DNA from: a virus
DNA length: 64,000 nt
Virus record (IMG/VR): IMGVR_UViG_3300008113_000144
Coordinates: 28,981 to 92,980 of that record
Direction: 5' to 3' (one strand)
Shown here piece by piece: positions 38,900-48,407 of this stretch (its first letter is position 1; every line of letters begins with the position of its first letter). The notes beneath the pieces are model-generated. The model had not been told where the DNA came from and ran no database searches. It was given only the letters and a program-made list of their open reading frames with translations. The translations under genes and the position numbers were made by a program.

Positions 38900-38956
38900 A
38901 GTATGTCACAAAAAAAGGGGCTCGTCAAGCCCCTGTGCCACTTACTGAACTGGCGG
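38900..38956 (-). promoter_or_regulatory. Box + terminator/-35 hairpin + -10 at the late/early boundary
   Basis: Box 38935-38956; GGGGCT-TGACG-AGCCCC-T7; TTGACG-17-CATACT. Confidence 0.85.
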
Positions 38957-39322
38957 CGGTATCCTGTTTGAAAAAGAACTCAAATTATCATTTGAATAAG
39001 CAAGATTACCTTCAGAAAATACCACAACCTGTACGAAATAATCTGGATCTCCGTCTCTATTCATCGGAAAGTTTTCGATAGCAAAATCGTATGCTGTTTG
39101 CTCATCAGGAAACTCAACAAAAGTAAATTCATTATAAAGTAGTTTATCAAAAAGTTCTGGTGATTCTGGTTGAAGATTTTGATAATAGACCGAATAAATT
39201 TGATTTGCTTTTTCAGCATCATCTACATTATCTGGTCCGATGGTTCTAAGAATCATCATGGTCTTTTGTTGTGATTCTGTATAATATTCAATCCATCCCA
39301 AAAAATCTCTAACTACCATCAT
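38942..39322 (-). CDS. Hypothetical protein
   Basis: 126 aa, ATGA-coupled to upstream gene. Confidence 0.75.
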   Translation of the reverse strand: MMVVRDFLGWIEYYTESQQKTMMILRTIGPDNVDDAEKANQIYSVYYQNLQPESPELFDKLLYNEFTFVEFPDEQTAYDFAIENFPMNRDGDPDYFVQVVVFSEGNLAYSNDNLSSFSNRIPPPVQ

Positions 39323-40260
39323 TCTGCCTCCTGAATTTTAACTTTTTTAAACTCTTCCATATCTTTAATTAAATTATACTTCGTAACAAGGTTAGACATT
39401 GTTGGACTGAGTTTAAATCCTTGTTTTTCGTATTCACGTACCAAGTCACCAAATTTAATATACTGATCCATAAGTTCTTGAGATTTTTTAGGATCTAAGA
39501 AATCTGGGTTGGATACAAATTGATCATCTGTTTCCAAATACTTTACTTCAAATTCTGGATACTTTCCATAATATTGATCTGGTCTGATTGGCCACTTCAT
39601 TTCTTCTAGCCAAATAAGATAATCTAGAGAATCTTCAAAATCTGATGGTAACTTGTTTAGTTCACGAATTTTAGATCTCCACATCACCCACATTTCACGC
39701 TCATTTTCAAATACTTCTGGAGCGTCTGGCAAAATTCTCCAGTCAGTATCTCTCAATAATTTTTCGATAAAATCAATATTTTCTTTATTAAATTGTGTTA
39801 GATAATATGATTTCTTTGATAGTTCAAGATAGTCTTTTAAATTACTATAATTTTTAACTTCAGTATCAACAACGATGGCGGCATTTAAAACATTATACAA
39901 TTCTTTTGCTTGTTCTACGGTCAAAAAATCCGAAGTATATTGAATCCACTTTGTACTTTTAGTGGAAAAATCATACTTCATTTTTTCTTTTTCAAGAATA
40001 TATTCACCACTTTCGTAAATGGCAAATAATATAATTCTATCATTATCATTAGACCATTCGTTAGGAATGTTTGCTAAAATATTTTGATTGATAGCATCAC
40101 TAATTACTACAGTATTATATACATACTGACCATCATCATCTTTTGTTCTCAAAAGAATCAATCGATTTTTAGCATCATATTCTAAGATTGTTTTTTTCTC
40201 GTCTGGAGAAGGCAATCTTTCAAATACAAAGTCGTCAGGATTGAATTTTAATTTTCCCAT
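39319..40260 (-). CDS. Tail-fibre assembly chaperone-like protein
   Basis: LLRDTDWRILPDAP...W..WRSKIREL...WP motif; CTAAATA at 40278-40284; follows fibre genes. Confidence 0.7.
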   Translation of the reverse strand: MGKLKFNPDDFVFERLPSPDEKKTILEYDAKNRLILLRTKDDDGQYVYNTVVISDAINQNILANIPNEWSNDNDRIILFAIYESGEYILEKEKMKYDFSTKSTKWIQYTSDFLTVEQAKELYNVLNAAIVVDTEVKNYSNLKDYLELSKKSYYLTQFNKENIDFIEKLLRDTDWRILPDAPEVFENEREMWVMWRSKIRELNKLPSDFEDSLDYLIWLEEMKWPIRPDQYYGKYPEFEVKYLETDDQFVSNPDFLDPKKSQELMDQYIKFGDLVREYEKQGFKLSPTMSNLVTKYNLIKDMEEFKKVKIQEAE

Positions 40261-40285
40261 TGCTGTAGTTTTTTTAGTATTTAGT

Positions 40286-43200
40286 TTAATATGCCTTAAT
40301 CATCCACCTTACTTTTGTGTATGGCGTCACTAAAGGAACTAGATCATTTGGAGAAAATGCTGGAGTAGGAATTAACTGTTTACCAAATCCTAAAGTAAAG
40401 GTTCCAGGGAATACTTCAAGACCAACCTGACCAGCTGTAAACGTAACAGCTACAGAAGAATCTGATGGAGCACCACCAAACGATGTTCCGCCGCCAGTGC
40501 TATTGCCATAAGAGAATACATTAGTAATATCAGTAATGGCAGAAAGAGACAAGTAGTGTGAGTGGGATAATTTTTCTGTTGGACTAAATTTAGTGACGCT
40601 AACAAATCTTCTAGGAATTGTAACAGCACCAATCCATCTCAAATTATCACCAGATGTAGTGTCAGCTGGTAGAGCATTTTGATCTACATAATTGTAAATT
40701 TCTGAGAATTGAGCTGAGTTTGGCTGATTAATTGTAATAGAGTTCCAAATTCTAGCATTTTTAGGACTACCACAACTTACGGTAAAGATAAAGTTAAATA
40801 AACATTCGACCGTGCTGCTAGATGGTCCTGGATCAGTATTTGGATTTAAGAAGTTTCCTCTATAAGTGCTTTCAGCACAATTTCCATATTCTCCAATTTC
40901 TCTACCCCAAACAGTTCCGTATGTAGCGATTGGATTTGTTGTTCTAATAGTATTTGCTGAGTCATCACTATTAGATGGATCTCCAATTAATTGATATGAT
41001 GATCCAGTATGGTATCCCCACAAGTTAATTGACGCCGATCCTTCTAATGGGGGGAAAGCATCAGTTCCTGATTTTTGACCAATATCAACAGCACCTGGAG
41101 CACCACCTTGGCTTCCCCAAGAAACACGACCTTTAAAACTTCCAGCATCTGCTTGACCAGTTACAAGATCATGTGTATGGAATGGAGCACTGAACAGTTT
41201 TGTTTCTTTTAATGAAACATTTCCTGATACTTGTCCACTGGTTAAAAATTCAACAGTATCACTAACTTCACTATATCCTGTAGTTGTAATTTGAGCAATG
41301 GCGAAGAATTGGCTATCTTGTGCTGGCTGTCCTGTTGCTGGAGTTTCTACTTGCTCAAGCTCATCAATACCTGGATCAGCAATGGTATCAATATACCACA
41401 TGCCGCCAAATGATCCTGGTTTAAATGCCGAACCATTTCCTTTTTGCTTGGCTGGTCCATACTCAGGAGTAACAATAGGAGAAGCTGGAGATTGGTTATC
41501 TACGTTACCAACTCCCAAGAGTTTCCTGTTTCTCATATCAGGAACTCTAAATTCGCCGCTAAGATTAGCTCCAAAAGTATTTCCAATTACTTCATATAAT
41601 AATGGATAATCATTTGGAGAAATAAATCTACCATCACAGTAAATCCAGCTTGGAAATCTAGAATTTGCTTTACCATTTAACTTATCATCAGAAATACCCC
41701 ATCCATCCTCCTGAGTATTATCTCTAAAAACAGGCATGATAGAACCAACAGGCATACCATCAAATTTAGTATTAAACTTAATTTGGTCAGTTCCTAATAC
41801 TTTAATAACAAATGGACTACTATAATATTGTCCGAAAATTGGCTCTGGTTCTGGTCCTGGAGTAGTTACAGAGAAGGTAGTGTTATATGATCCAACATAT
41901 ACATTTGTCGATAATGTAAAAGCATCAATCTCACTAGATTTTAATCTAACTTGAACAGTATTTCCATTAGCTACTGTGCCAGGATTTGTAGCTGTTAATA
42001 ATTGGAAGCTACCTCCATTAATACTAATTAAACCACCACCTGTAGAGAAAATGCTAACAGATTGCCCTAATCCACTAATAGTAATAACTTCAGAATCAGT
42101 AAATACGCCTGGACCAGTGGCTAAAATAGGAGTAAACAAGAACGGTGATGGAGAAGTTCCAAGTTGACCTTTGTTTGTAACAGTCCAAGTAGTGCTATAT
42201 GTTCCAACAGTTACAACAAATTGTTTTGCTTCTCCAGTAAGACTACTAGTAGTATATGTTAACTGAATACTATCTAAATTATTTACTGTAAATGTTGTAG
42301 TATTGCCAACTGGTGCTATTGGATTAGAAGTATCAGCATTAATAATTACAGATGCTCCACCCGTCACAGTAGCAGTAATAGCTGTGTCAATACCTTGAAT
42401 AGTTCTTGTATTACTGAAGACAGTAGTGTTTAATTCTTGATTAGATAAATCAGTAAAAACAAATCCAATTGGTGTCGTGTCTTTTTGTTTTTCTGTTCTA
42501 ACTTCCCACTGAACTGCCGATCCAGTACCAACAATAACATCGGTAAATAATGATGTCAAATAATCAGGAGAAGATAATAATCTAACTTTAAATCCTTGAC
42601 CGTTAGAAATTTGTCTTGGAGAATTTTGATAGGCATCACAAACTCCACCAGTACAAATAGCAATTTGGGCAGAGTTTGAAGCGGTTATACTTACGGTGGT
42701 GTTAATTCCAGAGACCGTAATAATATCACTTTCGACTAAAGTATTAATTGGTTGATCTATTTTATTTGGAATAACAAATGGAGCTGGTGTATTGTCAGGT
42801 GGTTCACCAGTATTAACATTAAAGAATGATGTTACATTACCAATAGTAACATTTGCTCGATATGTAGTGAAGAAATCATTTCCAGTTGTAAATCTTACTT
42901 GTACATAACCTTCGTTGAAAATTGTAGCCGATTGGCCCCACGCTCCACAAGTGTTTGAATCATTTGGATTACAAGTTCTTACCTGAGCATTATTTCCAGA
43001 TAATGTAGACACAACTCCACCAGTAATACCAAAAATCTGAACTTTATCTGAAGTGTATTGAGTAGCAGGCAAAGCATTATCTACTTCAGGGAAGAAAAAT
43101 GGTTCTGGAGTAATATCTTGTGGAGCATAATTTAACATCACATAACCAAATTCTTGTGGACCAGCACCAAAACTTAAGTTAGTGGTTTCAGTGATAGTTA

Positions 43201-45671
43201 CATATGCCGAATTATAATAAGCACCGCCAGTAGTACCACCCAAAGCGTCAAGGTCTGTAGTTTGAATCACAGCTCCAGATTCATCTACTTTATTTGCTGG
43301 GATTGTACCTCCAGCACCCCAGCCGCCACCTCCACCGCCGCCACCGCCGCCGATAGTAGTGTTGTCTTGACCATCAGAACCAGCAAAGTTTAAACCACTT
43401 AAATTAGTTCTTAATGTTGCTTGTCCAGTATAATTTCCATTTTGTGTTGATGTAGGAACTGTAGTGTCATTACCAGCACCAGCTCCACCGCCGCCACCAC
43501 CAGCAAGAACTAATAATGTTCCATCGCCTAAAGTAATAGCAGAAGCGCCACCGCCACCGCCGCCTCCTCCAGATCTATCTGAAGGTCCAGCATTTCCGCC
43601 ATCACCACCGATGGCATATCCCCAACCGCCGTCGCCACCAGCAGCACCATTTAAAAAGCTTACCCCAAATCGTCCAGCGTCACCTGGAAATAGTTAAACT
43701 ACTTGGGGCATCATCCCCACCATTTCCGCCGCCACCGCCATAAAGAACAAAACTTAATTGTTCTACATAAGATGGAAGATTATATTCAATAAATTCTGTA
43801 GCACCAGATCCACTCGTGCTATAATAGATATTATCTTCAATTTTAGTTACAATTTTCCACGTATCTGTGTAAGTTCCAACTTTATAAACAGCATTAACTA
43901 ATGCTCCCTGAGCAGCAGATGCTGTTGCTCTAACATAGATTACTTCAGCACTAGCTGGTACAGTAACAGTTTTAGCAAATGTAATATTATCTACACTAAC
44001 TTGTACGTTTGCTCCCGCTGTTGATTGAGCATCTACAGCTTGTGCTGTTGTGGAAACATCAAGACCTTCAATAGGAACAGCAACAACATAAGTTTGTCCA
44101 GGTAAAGCAGTGTAATTATCTCTTGCTCTAAATGGATATGGCGTGCTTCTAGAAAGTCTAGTTTTAATTGTAATTGTATCTGTTTTATCTGTGAAAGTTG
44201 GTGTAGTAGGACCAGCGGTTGGGTTTCCATTTGGACCACCAGAAGGAGGACCAGCTAATCTAATTGAACTTGTCTTTGTTGTATTAAAATTGGGAGAAGA
44301 GGTAATTCTTAAATTTACCTGATCTCCATTTTGAACATACAGTTGCTGTACCCAATTTCCTGTATTGTTTTTCCTAATTTCAGCATCACCACTTGTTACA
44401 CTACAAAGAACTTGTACTGTTTGGTTTGCTGTATTTGTAGTTAATATAGGTAAAATTCCAGAAATATAAGAAGGGCTAATTGGTGCTGCTGCTTCAGCAT
44501 ATGTGCCACTTCCATATTCTGTTCCTAATCCAGATACACTAAAGTTAGCATAGTAAACTCTATCTGGATCAGCATTATTAAATGTATTTGTAGAGCTGAC
44601 AGTTACATTATCTGGAGTTCCTGTTAATAACTGAATATTATCATCTGAAGGAGTAAAGATAGGAGATAAAGAAACAGTGTTTGGATACCTATCTACTTCT
44701 GTCCAAATATACCAACTATCTGTTCTAGTTCCAGTAGATTGAACAACTTGGAAAGTTCCTGAACCGTATGTTCCAGCATCATTATTTTCATAACCACCAG
44801 CAAGAGTATCTTGATCGTTTGAAAATATTGTTACTGATCCAGATGTTTTTGTTGTGTAGGTAGAACCTATAGCAATTCTTGTGTATAAAGTATTGTTTAA
44901 AACTAATCCTGTTACAGATTGAGACCAGTTAACGTTATCTTTAGAAATTTGAACGTTTCCAGTAGATGTTGCTCTAAGAACAGCATCTGTATCAATACCA
45001 GTAATTGGTATATTTTGTGTTTTATATCCACCAAAGTCATTAGCTGATACATCAACAAAATCAGTAAATTGCCAAGAATCTACAAGTTGATCTTGTGCTC
45101 TAGTATTAATAGTCCAAGTATCTGATACCACAGCACTTGGTTGCCCTACATTAGTGCCCCATGTTTCATCTGATAAGGTAAGAGTTACACTGGTTCTTGT
45201 AGTATACCAATTTTCGGTAGTAAGTCTAAGTCTAATTTTATCTCCTTGTCTTACTGTTCCGCTAGTAATCCAGGGTCCGATAGATCCCCCACGATCAATT
45301 CTAAAAGCAGCAGCAGCATTTTGACCAGTAGTAGAACCTTTTGGACCAGTAGTAGAAACAGAAATAGAAGCAGGAATTTCAATTTCAATACCATTAACTA
45401 ATATTTCATTAGAATAGTATGTTGTTGATTTTTCAAATGTAGTGGTTACAGTTCCTCCACTAGCAGTTAAAAATCCTTGTTGATCGTTGAAAGAAAAAGT
45501 ATCTGGGCGAGAATCTGGAATTCTAGTTCCAAAAATAATGCCATCGGGATCATTGCCAGTACCAATCCTGACATTAACTGTTACTTTTGTATTCCATGTT
45601 GATGGAGTTGGGTATCTTATTTCTACCTGATCTCCAAGACCAACATATACTGGCGTACTACTAAATGGCAT
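40286..45671 (-). pseudogene. Large tail fibre protein with Gly-rich and tail-collar domains, split by a frameshift near 43695
   Basis: Frame A 45671-43680; frame B open 43693-40286 with no start codon for its first ~140 codons, continuing the Gly-rich domain; collar motif GSIMP...WIYCDG...YPLLY.VIG..FG...FRVPD. Confidence 0.75.
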
Positions 45672-45699
45672 TTATTTTATGACAATTTCCGCTATTTCT

Positions 45700-45707
45700 T
45701 ATTTATA
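45700..45707 (-). promoter_or_regulatory. T4 late promoter TATAAATA
   Basis: Exact consensus upstream of 45671 start. Confidence 0.85.
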
Positions 45708-45708
45708 T

Positions 45709-45885
45709 TCACTCTAGAGGTCTTACGTCTTGCCAAGGACCACCATTAATTCTAACTTGAATTGGTTGAGTAGCTTTTATTTCTGCTTTTTCGTCTTCAT
45801 CAATATGATCAACCGAAACAATTTGTGATTGATAATATTTTTGTTTTGGTGACATATTAGGAGCGTCTAAAAATTTTCTTTTCAT
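45709..45885 (-). CDS. 58-aa protein equal to the C-terminal module of upstream paralogs
   Basis: MKRKFLDAPNMSPKQKYYQSQIVSVDHIDEDEKAEIKATQPIQVRINGGPWQDVRPLE*; TATAAATA at 45906-45913. Confidence 0.75.
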   Translation of the reverse strand: MKRKFLDAPNMSPKQKYYQSQIVSVDHIDEDEKAEIKATQPIQVRINGGPWQDVRPLE

Positions 45886-45908
45886 ATCATCAAATCAATT
45901 TTTTGTAT

Positions 45909-47099
45909 TTATATGCTCCTAACGTCTCTCCAGCTCCCAAAGCTAGATGCCCCAGAAGATTTTATTCTAACCTGAGCATTGGAATTATTTGTTCTAATTT
46001 CTACAGGAATTTCAATATCATCTACAGACAATGTATTTGAAGAAATATATTGTTGTGCTGGATCATCTGGTGGAGTTACAATTGTATCAATATCTGGATA
46101 AGGAACTCTATCATCCTCATTTGGTAAATTAAAAGTTTCATTTACATCAGGTGCTCTTGTAGTTAAACTAAACGTTCTTGTTAACGGTCCAACTGTAGCA
46201 GAAAATGAAGCTGTATTAGTTAATCCAGATGGGTCTGTATTGAATGCTGGCGATGTTGCTCTAACCCAAAATTGATTACCATTAACAACTGATATAGAAC
46301 CAGAAGACCAACTAGAACCATTTGTAGATACCTGTACTCCCGCTCCACCAAATGCTGTAATTGGTTGATCAATTCCACTAATTACTCCAACATATATTTG
46401 GGTTAATGCGTTTGGTTCTAACCCAGATACACTATTGATACTAAAATTATTTGGTGTGCCATCATTAAATACAGAAACAGTAACTGATTCTGATACACAA
46501 TTAGAACCATTACAAGCTTGTATTGTATATGTTCTTTGAGCAGGAGAATTAGAACCAGCTACTGATTGCAATCCTGTATTTTCTGATCTTGTGCCGCCTG
46601 CTGCTACCCCAGCACCATTAATAGTAACACTAGTAGCATTAGAAGATGACCACGTTAAATTAAATACATTTGTTCCCGTCATTGTTTGAGGGGAAGCTGA
46701 AATATCACCCGATACTGTAATAGTAGAATCTATTTGAGAAATGCTATCAAGTCTAAACGTAGCGTTGGTGTCATCACCATCATCATCGACAAATGTAATT
46801 GATTTATTATTAACTGCTTTAAAATCATTTTGAATATCAAAAGAAATATCATAATTACCTGGAGTAAATATTCTATCTCTAGTAACACTACCATTTTCAC
46901 CAGGGCTAGAAAAAGTCATACCATTCAAACTAATGGTAGTAACAGCATCTCCAGCTACATTAGGATTATCTCCCCATTCTAATGTAAATTGTATTCTGGC
47001 ACTACCAGTTCCTGTTACAACCAACCTAGCTTGTTTATTTCCAGTTTTATCAAAATTGGCATTAATAGTTGAAGGTATTGTAAACGTTTGTGTTGCCAT
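45909..47099 (-). CDS. Tail-associated structural protein, paralog 3
   Basis: Beta-rich; shared C-terminal region ending QVRIK..FGSWRDVRSI. Confidence 0.75.
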   Translation of the reverse strand: MATQTFTIPSTINANFDKTGNKQARLVVTGTGSARIQFTLEWGDNPNVAGDAVTTISLNGMTFSSPGENGSVTRDRIFTPGNYDISFDIQNDFKAVNNKSITFVDDDGDDTNATFRLDSISQIDSTITVSGDISASPQTMTGTNVFNLTWSSSNATSVTINGAGVAAGGTRSENTGLQSVAGSNSPAQRTYTIQACNGSNCVSESVTVSVFNDGTPNNFSINSVSGLEPNALTQIYVGVISGIDQPITAFGGAGVQVSTNGSSWSSGSISVVNGNQFWVRATSPAFNTDPSGLTNTASFSATVGPLTRTFSLTTRAPDVNETFNLPNEDDRVPYPDIDTIVTPPDDPAQQYISSNTLSVDDIEIPVEIRTNNSNAQVRIKSSGASSFGSWRDVRSI

Positions 47100-47102
47100 T
47101 GG

Positions 47103-48407
47103 TTATGTACTCCTTACATTTTGCCAAGAACCAAATGTTGTAGAACCAGATTCTTTAATTCTGACTTGAACGTTTGGATTACTAGTTTTAACCTCAACAT
47201 CAATTTCTACATCATCAATAGTTACAGGATCTGATATTATATATTGATCAGGTGATCCAGGAAGCGTGTCAATATCTGGATAAGGTAATGTGTCGTCTTT
47301 ATTAGAAAGATTAAACGTTTCGCTTACATCAGGTGCTCTAGTAGTTACAGTAAATGATCTTCTAGTTGGTCCCACATCAACATAATATGAAGTAGAATTA
47401 GTCAAACCAGAAGGATCTTGATTGAACGGTAAAGAAAATACTCTTATATAAAATTGCTGATTATTTGTTATTGTAATTGTATTAGAATAGGAATTTCCGT
47501 TATTCGATACTTGAACTCCAGGACCACCAGTAACAGTGGTAATCATATCAATTCCTTGTATATTTGGAGAAAGAATTACAACTGCCGAGTTTGGCTCTAC
47601 GTTATTTTGATCTGGTATTGTAAAATTATTAGGAGTATTATCATTATACACAGAAACTGTAGTTTGTGAAGTAACAGTTCCAGCACTATTAGTTGCTGTT
47701 AATGTATATGTTTTTGTAGCTGGCGAATTAGAGCCTTCTATAGATTGGAGACCTGTACTAATTGTACCAGTAGATCCAGATATTGATGATAAATCTCCAA
47801 TTCCTTGATTGATACTTAGAGTCTCTGCTCCAAAAGTAGACCAAGATAATTGAGTAGTATTGGAGGGAACACCTAAAGCTCCACTGGTTTGAGGATTTGG
47901 ACTAGCAGAAAAATTAAAAATTTCTGGTGGATCAAGTAAAGTAAAAGTTAAATTACATTGATAAAAACACCCGACATGATACAAATTATCTCTTGTTGTA
48001 AATGTAAGTTGAAATGAATTATTACTATCTTTTGCTAAAAAATATGGTCCAGGTACTAAAATTGTTTGTGATACTGGTCCTCCTACAGCACAACCTTGTC
48101 CCCCACCAGGAGAAGTTGCCGTGATAATATTAGTTCCATTAAATCGTAAAGTCATGTTTTCAAAGCCAGGATCTTGTGATTCTCCAAGACCAGTTAATGA
48201 AACACTCATATTAAATCTAGCTTGAGCAGTTAATGTAGCTAAAGCAGTTCCTGATTGAACATTTCCATTGGGTCCACCACAATTAGCAGAATCTTGAACA
48301 TCAAATCGTATTGTATTTCCACTATTAGAAATATTCCATCCATATGGAGCACTAACCCCAGCTTGTGATACCGACCAATTAACACTTACTACAGGGGGTA
48401 AAGGCAT
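47103..48407 (-). CDS. Tail-associated structural protein, paralog 2
   Basis: Shared C-terminal region ending FGSWQNVRST. Confidence 0.75.
   Translation of the reverse strand: MPLPPVVSVNWSVSQAGVSAPYGWNISNSGNTIRFDVQDSANCGGPNGNVQSGTALATLTAQARFNMSVSLTGLGESQDPGFENMTLRFNGTNIITATSPGGGQGCAVGGPVSQTILVPGPYFLAKDSNNSFQLTFTTRDNLYHVGCFYQCNLTFTLLDPPEIFNFSASPNPQTSGALGVPSNTTQLSWSTFGAETLSINQGIGDLSSISGSTGTISTGLQSIEGSNSPATKTYTLTATNSAGTVTSQTTVSVYNDNTPNNFTIPDQNNVEPNSAVVILSPNIQGIDMITTVTGGPGVQVSNNGNSYSNTITITNNQQFYIRVFSLPFNQDPSGLTNSTSYYVDVGPTRRSFTVTTRAPDVSETFNLSNKDDTLPYPDIDTLPGSPDQYIISDPVTIDDVEIDVEVKTSNPNVQVRIKESGSTTFGSWQNVRST

Larger units (their letters stand above)
8060..38956. repeat. Dispersed family of 16 palindromic 22-bp boxes GTGMCAS-N8-STGKCAC
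   Basis: Starts at 8060, 8305, 8840, 9640, 10095, 10468, 11224, 11498, 12194, 12280, 13056, 17647, 20903, 21439, 28644, 38935. Confidence 0.9.

Noticed and set aside
8060-38956. Box as an NtcA (GTA-N8-TAC) or CRP (TGTGA-N6-TCACA) site
   Set aside because: Arm sequence and spacing do not fit either consensus
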